DNA of 25,439 bases from Myxococcota bacterium (GTDB lineage Bacteria > Myxococcota > SpSt-1050): positions 1 to 25,439 of the forward strand of contig JBMFOP010000046.1 of the NCBI GenBank assembly GCA_049969675.1. The letters run 5' to 3'. Position 1 is the first letter of the stretch. The number at the start of each line of letters is the position of its first letter. The notes beneath the pieces were generated by a model, which did not search any database, had not been told where the DNA came from, and was given only the letters and a program-made list of their open reading frames with translations. Shown piece by piece: positions 13,689 to 23,553 of this stretch. The translations under genes were made by a program, and so were the position numbers.

Positions 13689-14984
13689 TTGCTGATGGGC
13701 GATTATTTTATACATCATTTCATTGAGCGCAAGATGACTGGCGCCTCACAACCAGCATTCAGGAACAAGATTAACAGGGAATGGGTATCTTATACATGGG
13801 GTGATGTGTATGATAGATGCAATCGCCTTATATGCTTCTTTTTAAAGGAGACAAAGGAGAACTCATACATTGGTATTCTTGGGAAGAACTCGCTCAACTG
13901 GATAATATCTGACTACTCCTGTCTGCTCTCAGATAGAATCTCTCTGCCATTTCATATCTGGATGGATAGAGAGAGCCTGCTTTATAATCTCTCTCTTATC
14001 TCTCTCCTCTTTATTGATAGTGGATTCATCTCCTTTGTAAAGGGCGAATTCCCCGATGAGAAGATTATAACCCTTGATAAGAAGGTAGATGGCTTTAGAT
14101 TTATTGAGGAGATCTTCTGTTCTGAGGTGAAAGAGGACTTTATTGAAAAGTATGAAAGAGAGATAAAGGAGGACGAAGTAACGACAGTCCTGTTTACATC
14201 CGGGAATAAAGGATGCTCCGCCGGTTCGCTCATCTCTCAGGGTGGACTCGCATTTGAGATGAATGCCTTAAAGAAGATAATGCTCTACGATTCTTTAACC
14301 GATGAACAGATGATATTTATGCCATTTTCACAGACGCTGGGGAGGCTCGCCGAGATTATTCCGGTGGCTTACGGCTTTCCTACTGCTATTGTAAATCTTG
14401 TAGACGCAGGTAAACTCGCAGGTGATATGATAGAGGTGCAGCCTACCGTGATGGTGGCATATCCCGACTACTTTATATACTTAAAGAATGCCTTTGAGCA
14501 AATCTTTGAGACTGCACCGCTCTATAAGAGGGTGGGCTTTGAGGCTATCGCACACCTAAAGATTGAAAACAATAAGCTCGCCAAAAAATTTAAGGTGCTT
14601 ATAAAGAACACAATAAAGGCACATATTGGAAAGAATCTGAGATTCTTTATCTGTGGGGGAGGGACACTTGATGCATCAATTATAAATTTCTTTGACAATC
14701 TCAAGATTCCAATTCTGACCGGTTATGGTATGGCTGAGACATCAGGGGCGACTCATCTAAATACCCTTGAGAGAAGAAAGGCCGGTTCTGTCGGTCTGCC
14801 GCTTGAAGGGATAGAGACACGAATCGGAGACGATACATATATTTATATCAGAGGTCCAAATCTGATGAGAGGATATCTAAACGGGACAAGAGAGCCTCCA
14901 TTTACACCAGACGGCTGGCTGAAGACAGATGATAAAGGCGAGATAGACTCAGATGGCTTCTTATATATTAAAGGCAATTCTTAA
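13689..14984 (+). CDS. long-chain acyl-CoA synthetase-like AMP-binding protein, divergent and C-terminally short
   Basis: FTSG.KG, GYGMAETS, GSVG.PL.G, IRGPNLMRGY, F..DGWLKT.D.G.ID.DGFLYI.G, then a stop. Start is TTG 13689 or ATG 13695. Confidence 0.8.
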   Translation: MLMGDYFIHHFIERKMTGASQPAFRNKINREWVSYTWGDVYDRCNRLICFFLKETKENSYIGILGKNSLNWIISDYSCLLSDRISLPFHIWMDRESLLYNLSLISLLFIDSGFISFVKGEFPDEKIITLDKKVDGFRFIEEIFCSEVKEDFIEKYEREIKEDEVTTVLFTSGNKGCSAGSLISQGGLAFEMNALKKIMLYDSLTDEQMIFMPFSQTLGRLAEIIPVAYGFPTAIVNLVDAGKLAGDMIEVQPTVMVAYPDYFIYLKNAFEQIFETAPLYKRVGFEAIAHLKIENNKLAKKFKVLIKNTIKAHIGKNLRFFICGGGTLDASIINFFDNLKIPILTGYGMAETSGATHLNTLERRKAGSVGLPLEGIETRIGDDTYIYIRGPNLMRGYLNGTREPPFTPDGWLKTDDKGEIDSDGFLYIKGNS

Positions 14985-15119
14985 TGTGTTTCTCCAATTG
15001 TTTATATAACATTATTTTACAAATAGTTGATGTCTCAAAGCAGGCTATTCTAAAAAACAGTGAAATAGAAACAGATTTTGTATTTTGAAAAATCTCATTT
15101 CTATGATAAGTAGCATCTT

Positions 15120-15464
15120 ATGCACGAGTTCTCTGTTGCACAGAATATTATAGAGAGTATCAAGGATGCCATAGGGGAGAAGATGCTCTCAAAAGTAAAA
15201 GCCATACATATGGAGATCGGAAGGCTATCTGGTATTTCAATTGAATCACTTGAGTTTTCAATACAGGTACTCCTCAATAAAAAGGGGGAAAATATATTAA
15301 ATGTAAAAGAGATAGAACCTCTGGTAGAGTGTATCAATTGCAAAGAGAGATATTCTCCTGAGGATATGATATGGGTCTGCCCAAATTGTAATGAGATGCG
15401 GGCGGAGATGATTAGAGGGAATGAAATAAAAATAATTAATGTGGAGGTGCAAGATGAAGATTAA
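15120..15464 (+). CDS. hypA: nickel metallochaperone HypA
   Basis: N-terminal MHE, IG.LSG, SL.F, CINC and CPNC Zn motifs, G.E.KI...EV. Confidence 0.95.
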   Translation: MHEFSVAQNIIESIKDAIGEKMLSKVKAIHMEIGRLSGISIESLEFSIQVLLNKKGENILNVKEIEPLVECINCKERYSPEDMIWVCPNCNEMRAEMIRGNEIKIINVEVQDED

Positions 15465-16104
15465 AGTAGTAAAAGATATTGTGGAGGCAAACGACTCTAT
15501 TGCAAGACAGAATCGTGAGCAATTCTTAAAAGCAGGCACAACCGTATTTAATCTTATGAGTGCGCCCGGTGCCGGAAAGACTACACTTCTCAGGGCGGCA
15601 CTCAAGGAGTTAAAGAAGGAGTTCAGAGTTGGTGTGATTGAAGGAGATATCGCCACCACTCTGGATGCAGAGCAGATAAAGAAGATAGGTGTTCCGGTAG
15701 TGCAGATAAATACTGGAGGAGCCTGTCATCTGGACGCAAATATGATTAAGAATGCCCTGCCGGAATTCGGGAAGAAGAAACTGGATATAATTATTATTGA
15801 AAATGTTGGGAATCTGGTCTGCCCTGCCGAATTCAAAGTTGGAGAGGATTATAAGATAATGATTCATTCCATCACGGAGGGAGAGGATAAACCATTAAAA
15901 TATCCGCTTATGTTCAAGGAGTCATCACTTCTGATAATCTCAAAGATTGACCTCAAGCCACATCTCAATGTAAATCTGGAGAAGATAAAGAAGGATGCAA
16001 AGAGTCTCAACCCGGATATTGATATAATAGAGGTGTCTGCAAAAACCAACATCGGGATTGATAAGTTTATAAAATGGATAAAGTCGCACTTAAGAAGAAG
16101 ATAG
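15454..16104 (+). CDS. hypB: nickel-insertion GTPase HypB
   Basis: SAPGAGKTTL, VIEGD, QINTGGACHLDA, IENVGNLVCPAEF, EGEDKPLKYP.MF, SKID, VSAKT. GGAGG RBS supports ATG 15454. Confidence 0.96.
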   Translation: MKIKVVKDIVEANDSIARQNREQFLKAGTTVFNLMSAPGAGKTTLLRAALKELKKEFRVGVIEGDIATTLDAEQIKKIGVPVVQINTGGACHLDANMIKNALPEFGKKKLDIIIIENVGNLVCPAEFKVGEDYKIMIHSITEGEDKPLKYPLMFKESSLLIISKIDLKPHLNVNLEKIKKDAKSLNPDIDIIEVSAKTNIGIDKFIKWIKSHLRRR

Positions 16105-16886
16105 GATTCATATCGCTACTCCTTCTAATCCCTCAACTAAATATAAGACCATATTTTAAGAATTTTATCCTGAAGTTAGATATAGATGAATACACCATTG
16201 AAAAGATATCCAAAATCAGCCGCAGTAATATAACATTTGAGATTGATGACAGATGGATTGAGGATTCTCTAATCAGCCTCTTGAAGACAAGGGCCAATTT
16301 GAACTACAGTATTATTATCTCCGGAGATATGAGCAATATTAGAATCAAGAATATAAAGAGGTTGAATCCCCAAAAGATAGGATACATAGTAAATGAATTT
16401 GTGGGGGAAAATCTTATTGACAGTCTGAATATGCTCAAACCACACAATGTATATCTAATCTTCAAGAGATTACCCGAGGACTTTGAGGTAGATTATATTA
16501 AGAACGGAAAGATGCGGGAGCTAACTATATTTCTGGACAGTCAATCAGCAATAGAATTTATCAACAGGATTGACCAATTTAAGGAGATGAGGATAAATAT
16601 AAAACCGGTGCAGAGTGAGGCGCTTCTATACCTCTCTAAAGCCATTTCAGATAGGGAAGGAGTAAGTATTGTCATTGATTCAAGAATATTGGATGCAGGA
16701 GATATTCCTTTGCAATCTACAGGCGAGCGCAAAAGAAGATTCATCTACGAAATCTCCTCAAATACATACTACAATAACTTCTTAAAGTTTATAAAATCTG
16801 ATATTACAGAATTGAATATTTACTACAACAGCGATATTCCAAAGCGGGATAATATCATTGATTGGATTCTCAAGACCGATCCATAA
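16074..16886 (+). CDS. hypothetical protein (possible N-terminal hydrophobic anchor)
   Basis: 270-aa ORF overlapping the end of hypB, with host-like codon usage and no recognised motif. Confidence 0.7.
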   Translation: MDKVALKKKIGFISLLLLIPQLNIRPYFKNFILKLDIDEYTIEKISKISRSNITFEIDDRWIEDSLISLLKTRANLNYSIIISGDMSNIRIKNIKRLNPQKIGYIVNEFVGENLIDSLNMLKPHNVYLIFKRLPEDFEVDYIKNGKMRELTIFLDSQSAIEFINRIDQFKEMRINIKPVQSEALLYLSKAISDREGVSIVIDSRILDAGDIPLQSTGERKRRFIYEISSNTYYNNFLKFIKSDITELNIYYNSDIPKRDNIIDWILKTDP

Positions 16887-16888
16887 AA

Positions 16889-18127
16889 TTATGATTTTGA
16901 TGACCCCTCTGCGCTCTTCAGCCTTCTCAGGAAGGGCACTGAGGATAGGATATTTACCACCGAGTTCAGATTAAACTGCGAACGTTTCATAGTGTCATAT
17001 TCATAGTTCAAGAGTCTATTGCTTATTTTTATTCCGTGTCTATAAAACTTCGCCTTAAGCTCTTCAAAATTACTCTCAATCTGCTTTCTTGTGTGCAAAA
17101 ATCCATATCGGGCAAGTATTATCTTCGCTGAATATCTCATAACATTATACGAAAACAATGTGGCATCTTCTCTCTGAGGCTGAATGATTATAAAATCCAC
17201 ATCTGGATATCTATCTGTAAGATTTGAGAAGATGTCATCTATTCGCTTCTGCAGAATAATCCTTAGGGTCTGTGAAAGGATATCCACAACCCCTTTCTGA
17301 CTGAGATATGCCGTCCTTCCCGAGATGAGCCTGATAGCCATCTGCTCCGGGTTGTTATAAATGGGTATTACGGGATTTATACAGACTACGAGTTTTGCAC
17401 CATGTTTGACTGCAAGGTCAATATATAGATTCTTATCAATTCCACCATCTACATATTCTACATTGTTAATTACAGTGGGGCTATAGACACCGGGCAGTGA
17501 GATTGAAGCCGCAACCGCCTTTGATATAGGGATATCTCTATAACCTTCCTCTCCAAAGATAATTGTCTCGCCTGTATTCAAATCCACGGCCGGGATGTAG
17601 AGCTCCCTTTTGAGTTTATTAAAGTCATTTGTGTAATTTTTGAGGCTGAAGATATATCTCAGATACTCCTCCATCTTCTGAGTACTGAAGAATCCGCTCG
17701 GGAGCAATTCTGTAAGAGAGAAGAGCGTATCTTTAAGGCTCATATCCTCTTTTGACCTGAGATAGTTGAGGAACGCATATAGAATGGTATAGGGCGCCTT
17801 CTTAAGACGTCTCTTAAACTCTCTGAGATTTGGATAGAAGATATATTCCCTTCGCAAAACAGGTATCTCTGCTGATATCTCAATTAAAGACTTAAACATC
17901 TCCTCTGCGGTAATACCATTCGCCAGACAGGAAGCCACAAATGAACCGGCACTCACACCTGTATAGATATCAAAGTCATTTATTGAAAAATTTTCAAAGA
18001 TGTCATTCAGCGCACGGGCTGCACCAATTTCAAAGACACCGCCAGTAAAACCTCCACCAGCCAGAACAAGTGCAGTCTTCCCTCCCATCTTCTGCCGGAA
18101 TGCCCTGTTAAACTCAGTTATCTCCAT
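16889..18127 (-). CDS. patatin-like phospholipase family protein
   Basis: ALVLAGGG..G, GVSAGS (GxSxG), AVAAS.SLPG.Y.P, YVDGG. Confidence 0.93.
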   Translation of the reverse strand: MEITEFNRAFRQKMGGKTALVLAGGGFTGGVFEIGAARALNDIFENFSINDFDIYTGVSAGSFVASCLANGITAEEMFKSLIEISAEIPVLRREYIFYPNLREFKRRLKKAPYTILYAFLNYLRSKEDMSLKDTLFSLTELLPSGFFSTQKMEEYLRYIFSLKNYTNDFNKLKRELYIPAVDLNTGETIIFGEEGYRDIPISKAVAASISLPGVYSPTVINNVEYVDGGIDKNLYIDLAVKHGAKLVVCINPVIPIYNNPEQMAIRLISGRTAYLSQKGVVDILSQTLRIILQKRIDDIFSNLTDRYPDVDFIIIQPQREDATLFSYNVMRYSAKIILARYGFLHTRKQIESNFEELKAKFYRHGIKISNRLLNYEYDTMKRSQFNLNSVVNILSSVPFLRRLKSAEGSSKS

Positions 18128-18668
18128 TTCTATTTTTCTTCTCTAACTTCTCTAATATGGTATCAAGCCTGCTCTCAAGACGCCCTACCCTCTCAGATAT
18201 CCTGTCCAGCTCCTCCCTCAGCCGTTTGACCGCAGGGAATGTATTTATAAAGTCGTCAATATTAAGTTGAAACTGCCTCTCCACCTTTTCAAGTGATGCC
18301 TTCAGAAAGGATGTAATCTCAACCGAGCCATCTGAATCTGAATTGTTGTTCTCCTGCTTTACCTGACTCTCTTTGCTAAACTTTGTCAGCACCTTCTTTT
18401 TATAATATTCGCTCAGAGTCTCCTGCCCACTCTTAATCAACTCTTTTAACATACCTATAGAAAGATTTGACCTTGATTTCTCCTCATTAAAGAGGACATG
18501 AGCCAGAACCGCAGATGTAATATCCTTATTGGTCTGATTATCTATAATTTTGACATCTACTCCATTGCGAATCATCTCAGATATGTCATTTAAGGTCACA
18601 TATTTGCTCTCTATGGTGTCATACAACTTTCTATTTGAATATCTCTTGATTATCTTTGTGTTATTCAT
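18114..18668 (-). CDS. polyhydroxyalkanoate synthesis regulator (PhaR-like) DNA-binding domain protein
   Basis: IIKRYSNRKLYDT..SKYVTL..I..MI..G..V..IDN.T..DIT..VL..VL..EE, with a coiled-coil C-terminus. AAGGAG RBS; start is ATG 18668 or TTG 18671. Confidence 0.9.
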   Translation of the reverse strand: MNNTKIIKRYSNRKLYDTIESKYVTLNDISEMIRNGVDVKIIDNQTNKDITSAVLAHVLFNEEKSRSNLSIGMLKELIKSGQETLSEYYKKKVLTKFSKESQVKQENNNSDSDGSVEITSFLKASLEKVERQFQLNIDDFINTFPAVKRLREELDRISERVGRLESRLDTILEKLEKKNRNGDN

Positions 18669-18860
18669 CAAACTCTCCTTAATATACAGAAGCCACTGCC
18701 CTGAGATAGCACGCCCTCCCTCTTAAAAGATGTTGATATTCTATTTAGTAATATTTAATTGTCAATGTAAATTTTACGCATTGCGTCAATCGGGATTTTT
18801 TGCCAAAAATTTGACGTCTTTATAGTATATGGTAATTATTTAGTCAACAGGAGGTGCGAT

Positions 18861-19298
18861 ATGAAACTAAATCTTGTAGATAGAAGGCAGGGAAAGAGAA
18901 GCTGTTATGTCCCCTCCTCCGGAAGAAGGATATTTCCGAGATATGACGCACCAGTAGATTGCATATATATTTCTAAAAATCAGACATTTACTACCAGATT
19001 TATCAATCTGAGTCTGAGAGGAATATATATTGATACAAAGACACCTGATGTGCCCGGGACAAAGGTAAGAGTCAGGTTAGTCCTTCCCAACTCAGAGATT
19101 CCACTGGACATTGAAGGTGAAGTTATATGGGCGACAAATAATTCAATGGTCTCACCGTTGAAGGTGAGAGGGATGGGAATCAAATTTACAGATATGGATG
19201 ACTACTCCAGAAGGAAGATCGCCGCATATCTGATATCAAGGGCGGGGATATCGGCGTTGCCCTCAATAAAAAATAAATACTTTAAGTGGTTAGAATAG
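18861..19298 (+). CDS. PilZ domain (c-di-GMP receptor) protein
   Basis: RRIFPR (RxxxR), NLSLRG (D/NxSxxG), GEVIW, GMGIKF. AGGAGG RBS. Confidence 0.9.
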   Translation: MKLNLVDRRQGKRSCYVPSSGRRIFPRYDAPVDCIYISKNQTFTTRFINLSLRGIYIDTKTPDVPGTKVRVRLVLPNSEIPLDIEGEVIWATNNSMVSPLKVRGMGIKFTDMDDYSRRKIAAYLISRAGISALPSIKNKYFKWLE

Positions 19299-19331
19299 TT
19301 TGCCCTCCGGACCTTCCCGGGTCCTACAATT

Positions 19332-19365
19332 GGGTCGAATGAGTCCCTCCATTCGACCCTCTTTT
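19332..19365 (+). terminator. intrinsic terminator between convergent genes
   Basis: Perfect 10-bp stem GGGTCGAATG / CATTCGACCC with an 8-nt loop, followed by TCTTTT. A smaller GGACC/GGTCC hairpin lies just upstream. Confidence 0.75.
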
Positions 19366-19367
19366 AT

Positions 19368-20630
19368 TTATTCATTTGTTACATCAATTATTACGGTATC
19401 AGGTTGGCTTGTTATATAGCCATCATTTACAGTTAACTGGAATACCAGTTTTCCAATCAGACGCGGGGCTGTAAAATATGGAAATGGCTTATCGGCATCC
19501 TTAAGACTCACTGTACTTCCGTAGACCTGCCTCCACCTATATGTTATCTTTCTCGGATAGCTCACTGTACTCTTTGAACCATTTAATCTGACCTCTGAAA
19601 GTGTCTTAACCTTCTGGTCAGCACCTGCATCTGCCACAGGAAGCGCCACCCCACTACTTCCACCAACTCTTACCTTGAAAAAGGTTGGAGGCGTGTAGAG
19701 ATTGTCAATCTTTGCAAAGGCGGCAAAGGTGAGATTATCCACCATATCAGATGTAATAAACTCCACACCGCCATAGATGTTTGATAGTTCAACCCTATTA
19801 CCTGATAACTGAAACCAGTATGTCTCAGCAATTTTATACTTATCAACATTCTTAAATCTTAGTTCAACCTTTGAATCTGTCTGAGCATTTATCTCGGACG
19901 CCTCAGGCTCAAGACGGGGCGCCATTACAACAGAGTGGGATTCGGTATTTGGATGGATGAGCTTGATGTCACGAGTAGAACGTAGCCCATCCTCAATGAC
20001 CTCAAGCAGGACTATCTGAGGAATATCAAATATATCATTTACTACAAGGGTGGTCTCAAATGACTCCTTTGAGGAGATAGAGAGGAGCGGGTTTGAATCT
20101 GGAATGGTCATCCAGAGATATTTCATATTAGCCCTGTTTTTACCCTGTGAGTAATATGCATCTACCCTGTGAGAATAACCTGGGGGGAGACTCACATCCC
20201 CTCCTGCATCTGCCAGCGGTGCCCAGTGTGAAATCCTGTCCACAACCCTGAAGGTTAATGTATCTTCATAGGTATATTGTCTGCCTTTGATTTTTACACT
20301 CAAAATTATATCTTTATATTCGGGTGGGACAATAAAACTCGTATTATCTGAACCATTATTTGTAAGGTATATAGAAGGACCGGATACCTGTGACCACTCA
20401 TATCCAATAACCTCATCAGCACAAACTGCTGGATGTAACATCAACTTCAAAAAGATAGTCTGACCGGGTATGACCTCTCTATCAGAGGGCAGATAGGCTA
20501 TTGGATATCTGATGCAGTTTTGCACATTAACTCCCACATCCTGATTTGCACCTGTTACGACCTCGGTAGAATAACAGCCAGAATAGAATAGAATTAGCAA
20601 AATGAATATATAAAGCATATAACTTCTCAT
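19368..20630 (-). CDS. lipoprotein with repeated PKD/K319L-like Ig domains
   Basis: Lipobox YSGC. Repeats P.ADAG.D, Y.W.Q..G..V.L, F.AP, L.F.L.V.DG...S.PD.V.I.V. Confidence 0.85.
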   Translation of the reverse strand: MRSYMLYIFILLILFYSGCYSTEVVTGANQDVGVNVQNCIRYPIAYLPSDREVIPGQTIFLKLMLHPAVCADEVIGYEWSQVSGPSIYLTNNGSDNTSFIVPPEYKDIILSVKIKGRQYTYEDTLTFRVVDRISHWAPLADAGGDVSLPPGYSHRVDAYYSQGKNRANMKYLWMTIPDSNPLLSISSKESFETTLVVNDIFDIPQIVLLEVIEDGLRSTRDIKLIHPNTESHSVVMAPRLEPEASEINAQTDSKVELRFKNVDKYKIAETYWFQLSGNRVELSNIYGGVEFITSDMVDNLTFAAFAKIDNLYTPPTFFKVRVGGSSGVALPVADAGADQKVKTLSEVRLNGSKSTVSYPRKITYRWRQVYGSTVSLKDADKPFPYFTAPRLIGKLVFQLTVNDGYITSQPDTVIIDVTNE

Positions 20631-20753
20631 AAAATCAAAATATCATAAAAAGGTAGTGATGTCATTATTCACAGATAAACTAATATCTAACTCTGAAAAA
20701 CTTATCAGGGGTAAAATTTTATACTTTATGCCTGTTTGAATGGCATATCGGTT

Positions 20754-23384
20754 TTATCCAGTTAATTTTCTGAGTGTTGATACTACCAATTCCTGTAATG
20801 TATCTATCTTTGAGAGGTCGGTTGTACCACCCTGTGCCATATCCCTCCTCCCACCACCTGTACCACCTATATGTTTCAGAACATCTTTTATGACTATAGA
20901 GGCATCTATTTTGTCTGTCTTCTCTTTGGGGACTGACATTACAATTGAGAGTTTACCATTGATTTTTGAGTAGAGAAATATTATCGCCTCTCTATCCCGC
21001 TCCCTTATCATATCCATCTTCTTCCTCAAATCTGCCACATCCATTGACCTTACCTCGTCCAGAATCAATCTAAACCCATTTACATCTACCGCCTTTTTTA
21101 TAATTTCATTCAGTGAGTGCGAGAATAGTCTATCCTCATAGCGAATTATCTCCTTTTCAAGTTCAGTGATCTTATCCCTATATCCCTTCAGTGCCACCAG
21201 AATATTTTCCTGATTTACCTTAAAGAATTCACAGACCTCTTTTAATATCCTCCTCTCCTTCTCAATAAGATTTAGTGCCCCGAGACCACATACAGCCTCT
21301 ATCCTCCTTATACCGGATGCCACAGCAGATTCTCTAACAATGTAAAAAATCCCAATTTCACCTGTAGATTTTACATGAGTACCCCCGCAGAGCTCCACAG
21401 AATCTCCCATTCTGACGACTCTCACCCTTTCACCATATTTCTCTCCAAATAGAGCCATTGCACCACTTTCTATTGCCTCTTTGACATCCCTAATCTCTGT
21501 TCTGGACTCAAGATTTGAGAGAATTAATCTATTTACCTCCTCCTCTATCTTTGACAGTAGTTCATCCGAAATCTGCTCAAAGTGTGAAAAGTCAAATCTA
21601 AGCCTATCTGGTTCAACCAGGGAGCCAGCCTGTTTAACATGACTACCCAGAACCTTCCTCAGAGTGAGGTGAAGGAGATGTGTAGCCGAATGTGCTGCGC
21701 GGATTCTTGCCCTTCTCTCGGAATCTATCTTTAATTTGAGATGTTCTCCTCTCCTGATACTCCCGACTTTGAGCAAGCCTCTGTGAATTATAATCTCCTC
21801 CACCTTTTTTGTATCATAAACATCAAAACGAATATTATCACCTTCTATCAATCCGGTATCGCCGACCTGTCCTCCAGACTCTCCGTAAAATGGTGTTCTG
21901 TCAAAGATGAGTTCAGCCTCTGCCTCAGCATCTATAGAATCAACAATCCTTCCATTGTGAATTATTGCCTTTACCTCACCTACATCCTCATCGGTTACAT
22001 AGCCCGTAAACTCAGAGCGGACTCCCATATTCTTCAACTCTTTGTAAATATGCTCTACAGCCCTCTCCCCTGAGCCCTTCCACTCTGATCTCTCCCTCTG
22101 TTTCTCCATCTCCTGCTCAAAACCCATTACATCTATCTCAAACCCATTCTCATGTGCAATGATAGAAGTCAGGTCAACAGGGAATCCAAATGTATCGTAT
22201 AGTCTGAAGACTACCTCTTTGCTGAGGGTATTAAGATTCTTTTTCTTAAGATTTTCAAACTCCGAATTTAATATCTCTATCCCCTTTTCAAGTGTCTCAC
22301 GAAATCTCTCCTCTTCATACCTTGTAGCCTTCTTTATAAGTTCCTGATTTCTGAGTAGTTCTGAATAATGTCCTCCCATCTTCTTTATAACTGCATCACA
22401 GACTTTATAAAAGAAGATATCCTTGATTCCTAAAAGATGTCCATGTCTGATTGCCCTTCTTATTATCCTCCTTAGAACATATCCCCTCCCCTCATTTGAG
22501 GGTAAAACCCCGTCTGATATTAAAAATGCCGCTGCGCGTGAATGATCTGCGATTACACGCAGGGAGGTATCTGTCTTATCATCGGAGAGATACTTCTTAT
22601 GGGCGATTTCGGATGCAGTCTCAATTATCTCCTTGAATATATCAGTATCAAAGTTGCTGAGTTTACCCTGCAGAACCGCTGTAAGTCTTTCCAGTCCCAT
22701 CCCTGTGTCTATAGATGGTCTTGGAAGCAAAGACATCTTCCCATCCGAACTCCTCTCATATTGCATAAACACCAGATTCCATATCTCCAAAAATCTGTCG
22801 CAGTCACAACCTACCGAGCATTCTGCCCTACCACAACCGACGTCTGTCCCCTGATCATAGATTATCTCACTGCAGGGACCACAGGGACCTGTATCTCCCA
22901 TAGCCCAGAAGTTGTCCTTCTCTCCCATTCTGTATATTCTCTCAGGTGGAAGATGTGCCACCTCCTGCCAGAGATTAAATGCCTCTTCGTCATCCCTGTA
23001 AATGGTTACATATAACCTACTCTTATCAAGTCTCAGTACCTCCGTGAGAAACTCCCATGCAAAGGAGATGGCATCCCTCTTAAAATAGTCTCCAAACGAA
23101 AAATTTCCAAGCATCTCAAAGAATGTGTGGTGTCTGGCTGTATGTCCGACATTCTCAAGGTCGTTGTGCTTTCCACCAGCCCTCATACACTTCTGAGATG
23201 TGGTCGCCCTCCTGATACTGCTCTTCTCTCTACCTGTAAAGATATCCTTAAATTGAACCATACCTGCATTCGTAAAGAGGAGGGTTGGGTCATTCTGTGG
23301 CACAAGCGGACTGGACGGCAGAATCTTATGTCCATTTGATTCAAAATATCTCAAAAACATATCTCTTATCTCATTAGAAAGCAT
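20754..23384 (-). CDS. alaS: alanine--tRNA ligase
   Basis: DPTLLFTNAGMVQFK, RHHTFFEMLGNFSFGDYFK, GPCGPCSEI, IDTGMGLER, HSATHLLH, ELCGGTHV, GGGRRDMAQGG. GGAGG RBS supports ATG 23384. Confidence 0.98.
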   Translation of the reverse strand: MLSNEIRDMFLRYFESNGHKILPSSPLVPQNDPTLLFTNAGMVQFKDIFTGREKSSIRRATTSQKCMRAGGKHNDLENVGHTARHHTFFEMLGNFSFGDYFKRDAISFAWEFLTEVLRLDKSRLYVTIYRDDEEAFNLWQEVAHLPPERIYRMGEKDNFWAMGDTGPCGPCSEIIYDQGTDVGCGRAECSVGCDCDRFLEIWNLVFMQYERSSDGKMSLLPRPSIDTGMGLERLTAVLQGKLSNFDTDIFKEIIETASEIAHKKYLSDDKTDTSLRVIADHSRAAAFLISDGVLPSNEGRGYVLRRIIRRAIRHGHLLGIKDIFFYKVCDAVIKKMGGHYSELLRNQELIKKATRYEEERFRETLEKGIEILNSEFENLKKKNLNTLSKEVVFRLYDTFGFPVDLTSIIAHENGFEIDVMGFEQEMEKQRERSEWKGSGERAVEHIYKELKNMGVRSEFTGYVTDEDVGEVKAIIHNGRIVDSIDAEAEAELIFDRTPFYGESGGQVGDTGLIEGDNIRFDVYDTKKVEEIIIHRGLLKVGSIRRGEHLKLKIDSERRARIRAAHSATHLLHLTLRKVLGSHVKQAGSLVEPDRLRFDFSHFEQISDELLSKIEEEVNRLILSNLESRTEIRDVKEAIESGAMALFGEKYGERVRVVRMGDSVELCGGTHVKSTGEIGIFYIVRESAVASGIRRIEAVCGLGALNLIEKERRILKEVCEFFKVNQENILVALKGYRDKITELEKEIIRYEDRLFSHSLNEIIKKAVDVNGFRLILDEVRSMDVADLRKKMDMIRERDREAIIFLYSKINGKLSIVMSVPKEKTDKIDASIVIKDVLKHIGGTGGGRRDMAQGGTTDLSKIDTLQELVVSTLRKLTG

Positions 23385-23553
23385 CTTAAACCTCCAAAAA
23401 TGTTGCAATTATATTCACAAATTGTCACTATTCAAGATAATAATCAAAATCTTCCAATATCCCCAAAAATTCATTTGATTTTGATAAAAAATATTATATT
23501 GACACATATTAGATAATGAGTAAAATCAGCACATTTTTGGAGGTGCTTTATTG

